Shown: positions 22,868 through 37,295, numbered from the whole stretch's first letter. The stretch is DNA of 59,970 nucleotides, filler included, from Gonapodya sp. JEL0774 (GCA_027604505.1; 9 parts of 9 records of this genome joined end to end with filler, not necessarily neighbours in it); one strand, 5' to 3'. Program-made: numbers and translations. Notes: a model not told the origin generated them from the letters alone.

Positions 22868-24433
22868 ATGGGTCTCGCTGGTCCTCGTGTGAAGCAAAGA
22901 CTGTCACGAGATCCTCAGAATAAGCACTGGGCTGATGGTGATTGCTTGTCCTAAAGAATCGCTACGTTTATAAGTTCAAACAAATATTGGCGATCGTTTC
23001 ACCGCAGACAAAAACAAATTTGGCCACCGTCTCATGAGCAAGCTTGGCTGGTCTGAGGGGGAGGGTCTCGGTGTGAATGGCGATGGCTCGGCGACCCACG
23101 TCCAAGTCGCCTTCAAACAAGACAGTCTGGGAATCGGGGCGGAGAAGAAGCACGAAGATAACTGGCTCGAGAACACGGACGCTTTTGATAGACTCTTGAA
23201 GTCATTGAATGAAAAGGTGGCTGCGGGAGCTGTCGCGGCTGCGGATGACGGTGCGTTGGAGAAGGCAGCGGCTGCGAACGCCCAAGTCGAATCACTCAAG
23301 GAGAAAGAGGACCAGGCGCGACTTAAGTTTGGACGAAACTAGTGAGTTCCTCCCATCGAGTGTGTCGCGCACATATGAGTGTCTCGATTCATTTCATGCC
23401 TCTGTTCGATCGAACCAGCCATCGAAAGAAGTTCGTCCGCAACAAGCTCGTCTCAAACTACGATTCTCGTGACCTCGCCAATATCCTCGGAACAGCTTCT
23501 CTCGATACTCCCTCACCACTTGCGTCGGGAACCCTTTCACCCGCACCCAAGCCAATCGCAGACGCTGCGACACCTCACGACGGAAACCAGCTTCTCGTCA
23601 CTACAGCCGTCTCGGTGCAAGACTATTTCGCAACGAGGATGGCGGCCTTGCCACACCTTGCTCGAATATCCAATCTCGGTCGGGCCACACCACTTTCGTC
23701 TGTCAGCGGACAGTCACCGGCAGACGACTTTGGGAACACCTCAGAAGGAGATCAGAGGACTGGAAAAATCGGACATGGTCGTACCGGCACTTCAGCTGCG
23801 AGCTCGTCCGCTTCGATTCCTATCGCGGACTCCGCAGGGGACTCTGTAGAAATCGAGCGGAAGGAGAGGAAAGAAAAGAAGAAGAAGCGGAAAGCAGAGG
23901 AACTTGGCGCTGAAGATGGCGACGTGACGCGAACGAGGCGCGAAGGGAAGAGCAAAAAGCGGCGGGCGGACGATTCGGTGCCGGTCGTGGTTGCCAAGGA
24001 AGGGGTACTCCCAGACATTGACAAGGAGGGGAATCCAGTTGTCGAGAAGAAATCTAAAAAGCTGAAGATCAAAAAGTCTTCTTCACGAACATTAGGGGAT
24101 GTTGCCATTGAAGGTGACGGCTTGGCAAGCGCGGATGTGTCAAAAAAGAAATCCAAGACAGGACTACCTCCCGCGGAGACACCTGTACCGACAGAGGCAA
24201 CAGAGGATGTCCAAAGTGCCGCACCTGGAGGGGCAACGAGTATTAAGAAATCCAAGAAACGGAGAGTTGCGGAAAGTCTGACCGAAGGGAAGGAAATTAA
24301 AGATGTTGGTGAGCTTGACACTAGTAAATCCGGAGTAGTCGGCAGTGCAGATACAGTCACGGACACAGAGAAGAACCAAAAGAAGAAAGAGAAGAAGAAG
24401 AAGAAGAAGAAGGCGATTGGTGGTGAGGAGTGA
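22868..24433 (+). CDS. PXR1: G-patch protein Pxr1/Gno1/PinX1, 3 exons
   Basis: MGLAGPRVKQRLSRDPQNKHWAD/DKTNFGHRLMSKLGWSEGEGLG...GIGA, then HRKKFVRNK...DLANILG and a Lys-rich tail. Confidence 0.9.
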
Positions 24434-24950
24434 CAAGAGTGGAGATACTTAGTTCAGACATGAATTCATTTGTGTTCAAGGATCGTCAATATGCATAATA
24501 ATATCTGTCATGATATCTCATCGTTATCAAAAACTCATCGTTGATTGCAGTACCCATGCACCTCCTCACTTCCGGTAGGCCAAAGGGTAAACACAGCAAG
24601 TGATCAGAACTGTTCTCCAATAATTGTCGACACTGAGCCTTAATTTTTACATTTAGTAAGCTCACGCAGACGCTTGGGCAGCATTGTTTTAACGAGCGCT
24701 GGGTCATATCTCGATGAAGTCCCACAAATAGGTTATGATCCCATCACGTATATGAGGATGAATCCCACAAGAGAGCAAAACTCGTCGCAAACCTGGCAAC
24801 TCTATTCTACTACGTGTGTTTTTCACGCTCTAGATCTGCAAACGAGCCCTAGTTTGGTCCGTTTGTTTGGCAACGCCACACGCTGATGTATTTCGAGCCT
24901 CCTCCACCTGCATCCCTGATATACCAAATCGTACCATTCTTCACGCTCAT

Positions 24951-26678
24951 ATGACGATCGGTGTCACTGCCACGGCCCCAAAGACTGTTAATGAATTCGA
25001 GAACGAGTTGATCGCCTCCGAGGATGAGTTGCGTCTGGCAAGGGTGAGCTTGAGGTGTTGGGGGTCCTACAGCTCCTTTCTGATGCTTGCTTGATCTGAA
25101 CACCTCCAAACGCTCTTTGCGTTTTATGCCCCGGCGCAACAAAGATGGGGTACCGCCAATGTGAGCCTTTTTGTGGGTGATGCCCTAATCGGCTCGTGGT
25201 TTACATCCAATACCTTTTTAGCTTTCGGCCGATCGTTCCGACTCCTGTGAGAGCTGAATCGGGGAGAGACGTGATTTGAGTGCACTAAATATAATCATGC
25301 CTTGGTATCAACAGACACAATTTCGGCTTCTCTCTGTCGCATATGTCGGGCTTCGGCGGAGTCGGTACTCTCCTCACATATTCGTTGACAGCAGGTGGCC
25401 CCGCAGGGACAGTCTGGGGTTGGATACTCGTGTCTATCACGTCAGCATGTGGTAGGCTTTGTTGCTTGGAAATTTTTTTGGGCAGCAAACAATGTTGAAT
25501 TGTTGTTACTCGACTCGTCGATTCCCACTCGCTAGTCGCATTATCAATGGCGGAAATATGTTCTGCGTACCCCACGGCGGGTGGTCTGTACTACTGGAGT
25601 GCAAAGCTTGGGAGGGAAAAGTACGGTGCTGTACTTGCGTGCGTAACAAGGATCCAGTCTTCTTTCGCCTTTGGCCTATTCCTGCATGATCAGCTGATGC
25701 CTGAGTGTCAAATCATTCATTCCAGGTGGTACACTGGTTGGTTCAATTTGAGCGGAGAAATTGGGTGCCTCGCATCTGTTGGTTTTGCTTGCTCCACCAT
25801 CATTTCATCTTGCATAAAAGGTCTGTTAATGTACAGACCGCAGGCGGGAACACGTCTCCACTCAACGCTGACAGGTTCAAACTTCTCCGTCACGCACATC
25901 AGTGTACTACCCGGACTTTGAGGTAACATCGTGGATTTCGTCCGTCTTGGCGATATCTGTGGTCCTTCTCTGTGGAATTTTGAACTCGTTTGGCAACAAC
26001 CTTCTCAAAAGACTTGTAGAATTTGGTTTGTTTCGAATATTGGTTAAGCCATCGTTGATTTATGCAAGCTGATGTGCTTGACTTCTGTTCTTCGATGCCA
26101 GGTATCCCTGTGCAGCTATTCGGCCCGGTGAGCAGCAGAACATCTGTCCAATGCTCGGGGACTCTGGATCCAGCTCATTCAAAATAAATGTGATTGACGA
26201 ATTAACAGTTAGTTATCGTTCTTGTGCTCTACGTTACTGCTCCGAGAATCCAGGTTCGTAGTTCAATTCATGAAGAGTCCTTTTTATCATCGATAGCCGA
26301 TCCAGATCCGCTCCCTTATAGCCAACACAGTTCGTGTTCTTCCAATACGAGAATCGGACCGGTCAGGACAATCGAGCGTTTGCAATTCTTTTGGGACTGT
26401 TAATGCCTGGTTGGGCTTTTCTAGGTGAGTTGCAGAACATCAGCGAGATGGTTCATCCAAACCGTGATCGCAAGTTTATGACTCAATCTCGCTAGGTTAT
26501 GATTCTTCGGCTCATGTCTCCGAAGGTAGATGGAGCTATTGGATCAATTAGTTCATGCCTCACTGCCGCTCCCTGTCGATCTCCCAGAAACGATCAACGC
26601 CTACAAAGACGCGGCTAAGGGAATCATTGTATCCGTAGTATCTAATGCTGTTGTCGGATTCATATTTGTTATTGGTGA
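24951..26678 (+). CDS. APC-family amino acid/polyamine/GABA permease, multi-exon, 3' truncated
   Basis: HNFGFSLS...GGPAGTVWGW, SMAEICSAYPTAGGLYYWS, WYTGWFNL and GYDSSAHVSE. Confidence 0.9.
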
Positions 26679-26778
26679 NNNNNNNNNNNNNNNNNNNNNN
26701 NNNNNNNNNNNNNNNNNNNNNNTTAATTAATTAANNNNNNNNNNNNNNNNNNNNNNNNNNNNNNNNNNNNNNNNNNNN

Positions 26779-28459
26779 CGAGCGATGGCTTCGTCTGCGT
26801 TCATGGTCGTAGAAATTTTGAGCTCGAGTGGGGATTTGGAAAGGTCTGGTACACAGGAGATCAATCAACATGCATTCAAATCTATGGTGTACGATTTTGA
26901 CGGAATAATCAAGCCACTCACCGTCTCCGAAAAAGTGAGCAAACTTGGCTTTCACAGCCGGAATACGGGTACTGCCCCCGATGAGCTCTACGGCGTCAAT
27001 ATCATCTGCGGTCCATCCCGCGTATTGCATGGCCTTCTCCATAGGTGCGAGAACACGGTCAACCAATGGAGCGACAAGAGCTTCAAAATCACCCCTTCAA
27101 AATGCAGGGTGATTAGAGAGAATAAACAGGATTGAAAGAAATTCATTCAGTGCCCGTATTTCAACCATACAAACTCACCTCTCAAGAGGAACAGAAATAT
27201 CTCTGTCATCCACGATACTTTCCACTGACAAAACGGTGTTTGTATTGGCGCTGAGCATCTTCTTGGCCCTCTCGGCGGCCACCCTCAATCGGTACATGGC
27301 CCGCTTGTTGGTCCTTATTTCCAACCCCTTGTACTTCTTCTCGGCGTCCACTGCGGCCTTCTCTGCCAGGGCAAAGTCAAAATCACGACCACCGAGGTTG
27401 CGATCGTAGGCTGAGCCTCGAACACGGAGTTGGCCCTTGACGAACTCGACGCAGCTGGATTGGGTGGAAGAGTGACCAATATCCACGATGACGACACGAC
27501 GGGGTTTTGCGTTGGGTTCAGGAAGGTCGGTTTTGGTGATACCGTAGCCGAGGGCAGCTGGGAAGGGGGTCATAATGGGTTCGTCATAAAAACGTGAGCA
27601 CTCCACGACATATTGAGCATCAAATCCGAATCATGTACGGCAAGTCACCACGTCGAGCGCAATATCCCACAGCGAAAACGACCCGAGCACCAAACCCACA
27701 CTCCTTTGAAGTGAACAGAACTCACCAGCCGTTTCGTCATTCATCAGCCTCAATACATTGAGACCGGCGATTTCGGCAGCATCAAGTAACGCACGCCTTT
27801 GCCGGTCGCCGAACCACCCAGGAACAGACAAGACAACATCTGAGACTACCGCCTTGGTCTCATGTGCGGTAATGGCCTTCACTTTGGTGAAGTACGCAGC
27901 GCAGAGTTGGGTGAAGGTGAACTCGCGTTGCTCGCCGAGGTAGTGGACCTGTGCAGCGGCTTCTCCGGTGGCAGCGTGCTCGACGAGTTGGCAGTTGAGG
28001 TACTTTGCCTCGATATCGCGGACTTCGGGGTCCGAGTAGGGTCGTCCGGCGAGCCGTTTTAGGGTGTGGATGGTGTTGCGGAAGTTGGATATTTCCTAAG
28101 CGCCAAAATGGACACGCGTTGGCACAAAATACGGAGCAATGATATCAATCCGAGAGACAACACTGTCTCATTAGGAGAGAGCTCGCGTTGGTGTGTCCAA
28201 AATGACGACCCTCCTCGTCCGATGACGACCTTGTTCTGAGGTCACCATCCCCATTCACGACCATCTTGCGATCCCGAACCACAATATAACTCACATTACT
28301 CTTCGCTTGTTCCCCCATACTCCGTTGCTTGTGGCCAAACCCGACCATGGATGGCGTGAGCCTGTTTGACGTCTCGTTGGCGATGACATCAATACCACGG
28401 TTTCTGGCGACGGCGATGGCCGTGTTGAGGTTTCCGAAATCAATTCCTACGACAGACAT
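26779..28459 (-). CDS. SSE1: Hsp110/Sse1 (Hsp70 superfamily), multi-exon, 3' truncated
   Basis: [66 protein letters not shown] and [13 protein letters not shown]. Confidence 0.95.
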
Positions 28460-31400
28460 GACGATTGGATCTCAAAAGAAGGGGTGCTGGTGTCGAAATA
28501 AGAAGAATGTCGGCGATACGCAAGAGAAGAAGAATATACACAAGAGTAGCGCAGAGTCGAGTCGAGGTGAAGACGGACGGAAGACACGCGGCGCAACAGA
28601 AGAATGGATTGCCGTTGAGTCGAGTACGAAGCTTTGCTTTCCAAGAAACGGAAACGCTTTTTGATTTATGTGCTGGCGCAGCAACGGAAACAGCTGGAAG
28701 TTCGCGGAATCAGGGTCTACAAGGAAGTTGGCACTATACAATATACAGCACCAGTGGGGCTTTTCAATCTCTACATAACGTTGCAAAGAGTTTCAAACAA
28801 AGCGCAGTTTCTGCGATCATCAAGCTTTAAGGTTTGTTGGAGTTTGGGAGTCTTTATGTTGGCACCTTCGGATCCAAATGACTGCGGTTTGATCACGTCG
28901 TTATCTTGAACACCGCGCGACGGCCGACATGCATCACACAGTAATCTAAATGAATCTATATGGAGAACAATGACTCATTCGGCAATAGGGCTCAACTCCA
29001 AGTGAGAACAAGCCTCCGGGCGCGATGGAGCCTCCCAAATATAACGTCGTGGATTGGACGGTGGCGGCTACAGAGCCTGAACAAGGGGAGTTCAGAAGCC
29101 CAAAAGAAAAAGACGTGGTGCTTGTGAGCTCCAATGCCCCGTCAACCTTCCTACTCACCAGCAACGGGACCCAAACTCGAGAAACAGATCGTCCCAGCGA
29201 GGGGAGCAGAACCTAGCCCCAATGCGGCTATTCCGACGACCAGTTAGACGAAGTAAACAGCATCCATTTGATCTTATTTTGTATGTGGGTGTGATACTGT
29301 TGGGTTAGAGTGTGGAGCTTTCGAGCCGGGTCGGGTCGACGGCTGGGGATCACGGAAATGTGGTCACCTCGCAGGCCGATCGAGGTTTCCATGAATGCAT
29401 ATTCGCAAACACATCGATGAACAGTATATCTCGGGCGTGCGACATTTCAGGATTGTCGGGAATAGATTCCTGCAGGTTACAGATTCAGTTTGCACACCTT
29501 CCGTTCTATGGGGTGCTTGAAAGGCGAAAACAGTGTAGTCACTACTGCTCAACAATGAGAAACTCTGTATTGTGGCGCGTTCTCCCCCATATGCGCTACA
29601 AACAGCGCATCCGTCTCAAAGTGATTTGGAAAGGCGCGGCAGGACACCTGCACCATACTTAGGGTTAGGACGGCCAGCACATTATTGTGCACGATAAGTA
29701 GTTATGTGCACGAATAAATAGTTTTTGCACGGATTTGGATTATGTGGGTGTGTTCGGCACGGGTTTCCAAGAAACAAATTACTAGTTGTTGCTCACTGAC
29801 AAAAATAACTTGTTGTATCACTCAACTCTCGCCACCACACGTTGGAGGTCCAGGCCTTGCTTCCCCTAAGCATGCCATCGTCCATCACTGTGATGTTGTG
29901 AGCTTGAGAGCGTCACTTGTCGGAACAATCCTGGTCCCTGCGATTGACTGATTCCGTCCCACTTGATCCGAGGTGAAGCCAAGGCTTCCTACTCCCCGGG
30001 TCCGAGACTGTCGCTCAGCCTCCCCACACGCTTCCGGTGCTCGTTCTCAACGATGCGGTTGGCAAGTTTGTGGAAGGTGATGTTCAAAAGTCTGGGACAA
30101 GCATCTTATGTGGCAACCTATGCCTTGAAGCCATGCTTCGATTTCAAACTTTCAGCGGGCGTTCGCCCACTCTTGGACATTTGAGTGTGGGAAGACAATG
30201 TATATTATATTTGACTGTCTGCATACAAGATATGGTCTAAAGATCGTATCATTGGTCTCACTCATGAGGGCACTTTCACTAAGACCTTTCATATCCTGTA
30301 GCAACAACTTGCTATGAATTCAGCTGATTCTCTCGCAGCCAATGCAGGAGAAACTTGCTCAGAACTCATCTAGTAATCACTGAGACTACACAGACTCAAC
30401 GTACCTTTGTCCAAGTCCAATTGTCTGTCTCTTCATCCTCAGACATACTGTGGTCCCACAAATCGTCCTGAGCGATTGGTGACCCGTCGATATTCGGTCT
30501 GCGAGGTGATAGAGAGCATACATCACGGTGATTCGGAACATTCCGACACACCTTATCCACCTTCACCACTTCCTCGACCTCCGCCTCCGGCATCGGTCTC
30601 CATCTCGTCATTCTCATGCTGCTTTCGCGCGAGTCGTTGTGTGAGATAGTGGTTTGGGTGTGAGAGAGGATTGGTTGCGGAACCGAGACGTTCTCAGGAC
30701 AACGTACCTTCCCTCCTCCTTCCATCTTCTGCTTCCGCGTCAGACATATCTTCTGTATCAAAATTCGTTCCAACGTATTCGAACGTGGATATTTGGTCTG
30801 CGAGGGGGCAGAGGATGTGTTGAGTTCTGTCTCCCGAGTGCCTGACACCAAGCAGCAACCAGACAAAAACTCACTGATTGTCCTCGACAATCAACATCTT
30901 CGCTCTAGCTCTCAAACTAAAGCAAAACGTCACCAAGACATTCGAGACAACCGATGCCGTTGGACTCCTCTCCACGGTGGCATTCGAGCGCTTGTTTTCT
31001 ACCCCCCAAAGATGAGCGGTAACTGGTCGTAGGCCTTGCAAATCGCGGAGGGCCTTGCCAGTTCTGCTGCAAAGTCGATGTACCAACAGTACATGGACGG
31101 CCGCCCCCAAGCTTCTTCGCAGTCACCTTGCCGCGCCAAGCCGACCCTCGACGAAGTGAGCGTCATCCACGCCGGATCGAGCAGCCACCACTTCCAGAAA
31201 GTGTTCAGGCTCATGCAACGAGGTCGCGAGGTATTCACGTTCTTGGCACCGGCCAACATGCGCGACGGGGATGCGTACGGGAAGGTCATGGATCTCCTGG
31301 CACGGAACGGATGGGAGACGACGGATCACGTCACGCGTGTCCTGTCCCACTCGGATGATTCCGCGGTCAATCAGAGGGAGATCCCTCGCGGGAATATTTT

Positions 31401-32065
31401 ACACCTCTGAGATGAGCGAGGTGAGGATATATATGCAGCTCAGTCTGCTAGTGATTTCCGTTTCTGTAGTTCATATGCTGAATTCATTGAATTTCCAACA
31501 CATGTCATCGCAAAGTATCGCTCCACCATTTTCTTGGACGTTGCGGCTGGCTAGCTGCCGGCGGGCACACATGATTTCAACAAGTGGTGTCGACCATGAT
31601 CGGGGCGGGGGCAGGTGACTTAGATGAAGAAGGTCCAATTCCAATTCGGCGGGTTCATGTTGATTTTTACAATGTGAAAATTGTGCGCCGCGAATACATA
31701 ACGGAATAGGAATGTGTGCATTGTCAGTTACTCGTTCCCTGGTTTACAACCATAACGTCGAGAAGCTGTGGGCAGTTTCATCATCATGGGTTCAAGTTGA
31801 TCTCTCTTGCATGGCTGGATACTTACAGCGAGAACCATCTCCGTGCATTCCCCCTCAAATGAAGGAGAATGAATTGGGACCGATAGGGGGGAGAAAGAAC
31901 GCAAAGGGAAAGCAAAGTACAGAAAATGGATTGGATGATGACGTTCTTTTGTCGGGATGAGTGTGGGCATATGGATATGTGTTTTGGTAAAACCCGAGAC
32001 CCCGTTGTCCGTCCTCAGCACCAGCACAGTGATTTGACTGGCACCAACCACCCCACTCCACCGCA

Positions 32066-33354
32066 ATGAGCACACGCATGACGGGCACAGGCGACTCAGC
32101 GCGTGTGTCGCCGTCGCCTTCACCGCCTTCACTGCCTTTAGTCCCTCTGTCTTCCCCACTTCCCATCAACTCCACTTCACATTCAATCTCAACTCTCAAC
32201 GCAACTCCATCTTCTTCTTCCAACAACTCACACATCCTCAACTGGGACACTCTTCGCAGACATGCACGACAACTCGAAAATGAATGCGAGGCGAAACTCG
32301 CTCAGTTCTCACGACTCGCTGCTCAACTCTCTTACCCCTCCTACTCGGGCGCCTTCAACTCCTTCGCCAACGGGTCCTCAAACTACAATTCCCCATCGTC
32401 ATTCTCCTCGTATAATCCATACGGATACGCTGGTGGCGGTGGTGGTGGCGGCGGGCATCCCAACGGGCAGGCGTCAGCAACACATACCCACCAGCCAAAC
32501 GTCGCAGACCTCGACACACTCGAAAGAGAGCTCGAGGACAGACTCGAAAAGGTGAGTGTCTGGTCAAGTTGTGGGCCGTCGTCGTAGGATTGGAACGAAA
32601 TGTTGAAGGGAGCGAGAAGAGAGCCAGGTCGGTGCAAGATCGGGTGACACCCAACTTACGCGAGGAAGCCAGGACACGGACCCACTCGACTCGTCTCGAG
32701 CGCGCGAAAGGGAGGCCGTTTCAGGACTGCTCTTTTTGGGACACGTGGGCACGCACGCGGACACCACTTCGCCGGCCGTGTCGCCCCGTTTCCTCGACGA
32801 GTTCTCCGTTGGACAGAGTAGGGCTCGGACTTGCACTGCCCCCCCGCACCGAGAACGTGCTCAAGAAACCTGCTCATTTCAATTTGCTTATTTCCTCACG
32901 GTTTTTCGATTGATTCGTGGGCTCCTCACGCTCCTCTATTCCACCGTCACCTCTGACATCCACACCACACACGCCAAATAATACCCACACCTCACACTAG
33001 CTCTCATCAACCATAACGGCTATGTCCAACCTCTCCTCCCTCTCACCCTCACTCTCCCGCTCCTCCTCCCCCTCGCCTTCCCTCAACTCCGTCTCTCCCA
33101 CCCCCTCCACCACCACTCCCACCCCCACACCCTCCTCCACCCACCTCCACGCACTCACCCGCCACCGCGACATCCTCCACGACTTCCAAAAGGAGTTTGC
33201 CCGCACACGATCCACCGCCCGTGTGGCCCGGGACCGTGCCGCCCTCTTCTCCTCCTCCCACCCCTCCGCTTCAACTTCTTACACCACAGCAGATACCGGT
33301 GCACCAAACGGTACCGGTACCGGGTCCGAGTACATGCTCACAGAACGCAATCGG
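32066..33354 (+). CDS. GOS1: Golgi SNARE Gos1/GOSR1, 3' truncated
   Basis: WDTLRRHARQLENECEAKLAQFSRL, HALTRHRDILHDFQKEFART and SEYMLTERNR; intron ~32552-33000 (GTGAGT..TAG). Confidence 0.88.
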
Positions 33355-33454
33355 NNNNNNNNNNNNNNNNNNNNNNNNNNNNNNNNNNNNNNNNNNNNTT
33401 AATTAATTAANNNNNNNNNNNNNNNNNNNNNNNNNNNNNNNNNNNNNNNNNNNN

Positions 33455-35574
33455 CGGTTCAAGTCGCTCTCAAAAAGAGGACGAAGAAAGAAAAAAAGTC
33501 TTCTTCATCTCAGAGAATCATCAACAGAGACAGAGAGTAGTGAGTTAAAATGCTTTCGACGTTGTGTCTCAATATGACGGTCTGAACGTGCGTCTTCAGT
33601 GAATGTCAAGTGGCCGGCTCCTGGAGCAGAGCAAGGCGCCGACTCACGTGTTGAACAGCCTCTGCTTGCGAAAATTCGAACCGAAGCGCAAATCACCGTG
33701 GTAGACTATTCAGCGGAGAATCTCCAGGTCCACGAAATGACCAACGAAGATGTTGAAGAGTTCATAACTAATACTCCCCGCCCTGATTGGACAACGGTGC
33801 GATGGATTAATGTGAATGGTCTGAGCTGGGATGTTGCCCAGCCTTTGGCAAGTCATTACGGTGAGGGAGTGGATGCTGGCGGCCCGTCCACTCTTGAGTT
33901 CAATTACATACATTCTTTTGGATTAGGTATTCATCCGCTCGCAACTGAGGATATATTCAACAATCACCGCATCAAATGTGATTCATACGAGAATCACATG
34001 TACATTAGTATGGTTCTCATTGCTATCTCTGAGCGAGAAACTGCCAGCGATGCTGCTCGGAAGCAGGGCTCGAACTCCTCATCTCATAGTCCCACACGAC
34101 CAGCCGTTGTTCGCCACGGATCCGACTCATCTTTTCCCTCATACGTTCCTTTCTACAACGCTTCGCCTATACCCGAATCTAATTTTCCGCGAAAGCAAAC
34201 CCCAGAGCTGCACAGTGACTCTCCAAAGACCCCTTCCAAAGATGACCGTGCGCACATGCGTACACGCTCTACTGGGTCCGGAGGTTACTTTTCTGCTGTC
34301 GGGTCTCAACCTGTGCATCGGCGGAGCATCGTAATTCCCAGCTCCGGTCCTGCAGCACGAGCATTCGGCCATACATCAACTCGCCGAAAGCCGAAGTTCA
34401 GGTACCAAACGGTCTCTCGTACGTCGATTTTGAATCGTGATTCAGACACGGCTTTCTTGGACGCGCGGGCGCTAGCAAGAAACTATGAGATCACCATTGA
34501 ACAAGTATCGTTCGTGCTCCTGAAGGGTGGTTCGTACGCCGGACAGTGATTGTCTCATGAGCTTCTAACCTAAACGGGAGTCTTCTTCAAGGCACTGTGA
34601 TCTCGTTCTTCAACCGAGCTTCGGACCTCGTTACTCCTCCCATCTACTCTCGCCTACAACAGCCACAGACTCTCCTTCGGTCCAGCCAAGATGCCTCTTT
34701 CCTGGTCAACTCCCTCGTAGATGACTTGGTTGATCATTCACTTCACGTAATTGACTTCTACGGGAGTGAAGTTGCTAGAATGGAGATTAAGGTCTTGGAG
34801 GAACCGAAAATGCGTTATACAAAGGAGCTGCACCTCATGTGAGTTACTGATGAAAATCCGGAAGTAACGTCAGACTGATAGGGAGAGATTTGTGATCCTA
34901 GCCAAGCCGAATTGAACTTACTCAAACGAACGCTCTCCGCGACACAAAGTTTGGTTTCATCTCTTTCAATGCGAGCCGCGGTATCGATCGACGTGAAACC
35001 TACGGGATATGACTTGATTACGAAGCTGACGCGAGTGAGTCAGTTTTTCTTTCCTCTTTGTTCACACTTTGCTATGACACGAGATTTATAATTATAGACA
35101 TACCTCAGTGATGTTCTCGATAATTGCTCCGTAAGTCAAGACCGTGTTTGTCTTTCAGTCAAAAGTGGTTTGTACTTCATCTGACAATCGCTAAACATAA
35201 TGACTGCATAGACCTGCGTCGAGAACATTGATAGCCTTGATCGTGTGGCCGAGGATCTAATCAACCTCATTTTCAACTCCCTAGCCTTCTACCAGAATCA
35301 AACGATGCAAACTCTCACGGTGGCTAATATAGTTTTTTTGCCCCTCACTTTCTTGGCTGGAGTCTGTGAGTCGTTGTGGCATATTTGAATGTTGTACAGG
35401 TTGGAGCCATCCGATTGAACTTACACTTTACATAATACAGATGGGACTAATTTCTCAAACATACCCGAGCTGGATTGGGACTACGGATACTTGTACTTTT
35501 GGATGTTATGTCTGCTGGTTGCGTTGCTTTTAATCATTTTCTTCAGAACACGTCGCTGGTTCGTTTCAATTTAG
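33455..35574 (+). CDS. CorA-family divalent cation transporter, multi-exon, 5' truncated
   Basis: ITVVDYS, PRPDWTTVRWINVNGLSWD, IHPLATED, GTVISFF and MQTLTVANIVFLPLTFLAGVY/GTNF..PELDWDYGYLYFW; stop at 35572-35574. Confidence 0.9.
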
Positions 35575-35670
35575 ATTTGCATCTGTAATGCACTGTTGCA
35601 GTATTTTTAGACCGTACAATCAGTATCAACTCTATATGCAATACTACTACACGATATTGTTGGAACATAC

Positions 35671-37295
35671 TCAGATCCATTCCGAAATATTCACCGGCTC
35701 GGTGGATTTCAACAAGCTGGAATCTTTCGCAAGTACCTTCGCCAGCTTGCTCACTTGATCTACTGGTCGTTTCAGAACGCGAGCGACGAGAACATACTGT
35801 GTCCAAGAGAAACGACACGGTCACCTCACAAACTTAGAGTGGGAAATGTGTGCATAATGGAGCTCACCCGACCCGTTTTTCCCGAAGGAAACTTTTTTAA
35901 TAGTTCGCCCATTCTACTGAGCTCATGGGGCTCCCAAATATCCGAGGTATTCGTGGGCTCCCCATTTTCGGATTCGGAGTTCGACCCAACCGACAGTCGC
36001 GGCCCTATGCCGGCGGATCCCGGCTGCAAATCAGTCACTTTGGACTTTGCCAGAAAGGCGTCCTCTATCTCCTGCTCTCGAGCCACCCTCTTGCGCCGCT
36101 TCTTCGCCTCCTTTTGCTCCTTCAATCGACTGCGCTCGGCTTCGAGCTCGGCTGCTTCTCGAACCGCATCCTCTTCTTGCCGTCGCAGATCCGCTTCCTC
36201 GGCTAATTTTTGTTCGGCAGCTGTTCTTCGCTTCGCCTGCCAGTTTTGGTATCGTGACGGCCACTCCGGAATGGAAATCAGTAACTTCACCGCGCCAATA
36301 ACAAATTTGACGATCAAGAAATCCCAAACCACGGGTGGGCTCTTGGCGATACTCCGAATGTCCACTCCATTCGCTACGAACCATAGGTTCTCCAAGTCCA
36401 AGTCTTTCAACTCTGCGAACGTCTCTACGTCAACGTTGCCTTTCTTTCTGAATTCGGCCTTCAACTGAGGAAGTGAAATCTTCGATTGAACAAGTGCAGC
36501 GCGGAGGTCCGAAAGTCGATAAGAATCGTAGCGGTATTTTGCGTATCCTAGACGAGTTACCGTGGCATTACGTGGCTTGAGAAACTGAAGAGCGCGTGGC
36601 TATTAGTGCAGAGGAAGAGGCACGTGCGAGACCCACCTGCGAGATGTTGAGCGATAGAAACAACTATTAAGATGAACAGGAGTACGAAAGTCATGCTAGG
36701 TTTAAAGTGCTGTGGGCGGGGAAAAGGTCTCTTTTCTTAGACGATACAAGTTTGAAATTGTGCTCAACGTGCTCTCACCGAGTAATAGTATCCCGTCCCC
36801 CTCCACATTGGAAAACCTCTCTTTAGGTAGAAATTGTATCGTTCCCGGCCGTTTGGATCCCTCAATGTCTCAACTACACTCGTGAGGACGGTGTACAACT
36901 TCTGCTCCGTAGCGTTCTTCGTCTTGTCCGGGTGGTATTTTATGGCGGAACGCTTGTACGCTCTATTTATCTTCTCTATTGGAGCATCAACAGGAAGGTC
37001 CAAGATGCTTGTCGTTGGGACAATCATCAATTTGCTGGCAAGTCCAGTCGCTATTGCAACATCCTTTGGCCTGAAACTCACGAGTAAAAGGTCTGAGTAC
37101 CTGCAACTTTCTCCAATTCATCCTTCAAGTCAAAAAGTGAGTAGTCCAACTGATTGAAGTGAACATGGAGTGAACAGATGTGAATGATCGCGTTTCAAAT
37201 TTTTGAGGAGACGATGGCCTTGCCTGGTCAAAGGCGACCGCTCGCGAGCTCAGGAGGAGGCATAGGAAAACAGTCACAAGCACGAAGCGGTTCAT
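35671..37295 (-). CDS. ER membrane J-domain protein (Erj5/DNAJC1-like) with possible C-terminal SANT-like region
   Basis: Signal-peptide-like MNRFVLVTVFLCLLLSSRAVA; J domain INRAYKRSAIKYHPDK...LRDPNGRERYNFYLKRGFPMWRGTGYYYS; TM helix; IWEPHELSRMGELLKKFPSG. Confidence 0.85.

Noticed and set aside
23752..24366. Long antisense ORFs (also 35755-36468, 11413-12084)
   Set aside because: Shadows of real genes on the opposite strand.
28600..28720. Possible heat-shock elements upstream of Hsp110
   Set aside because: GAA/TTC units lack the canonical nGAAnnTTCn spacing.
31036..31410. GC-rich 124-aa ORF
   Set aside because: Coding-like composition but no start, splice model or domain that I can identify.
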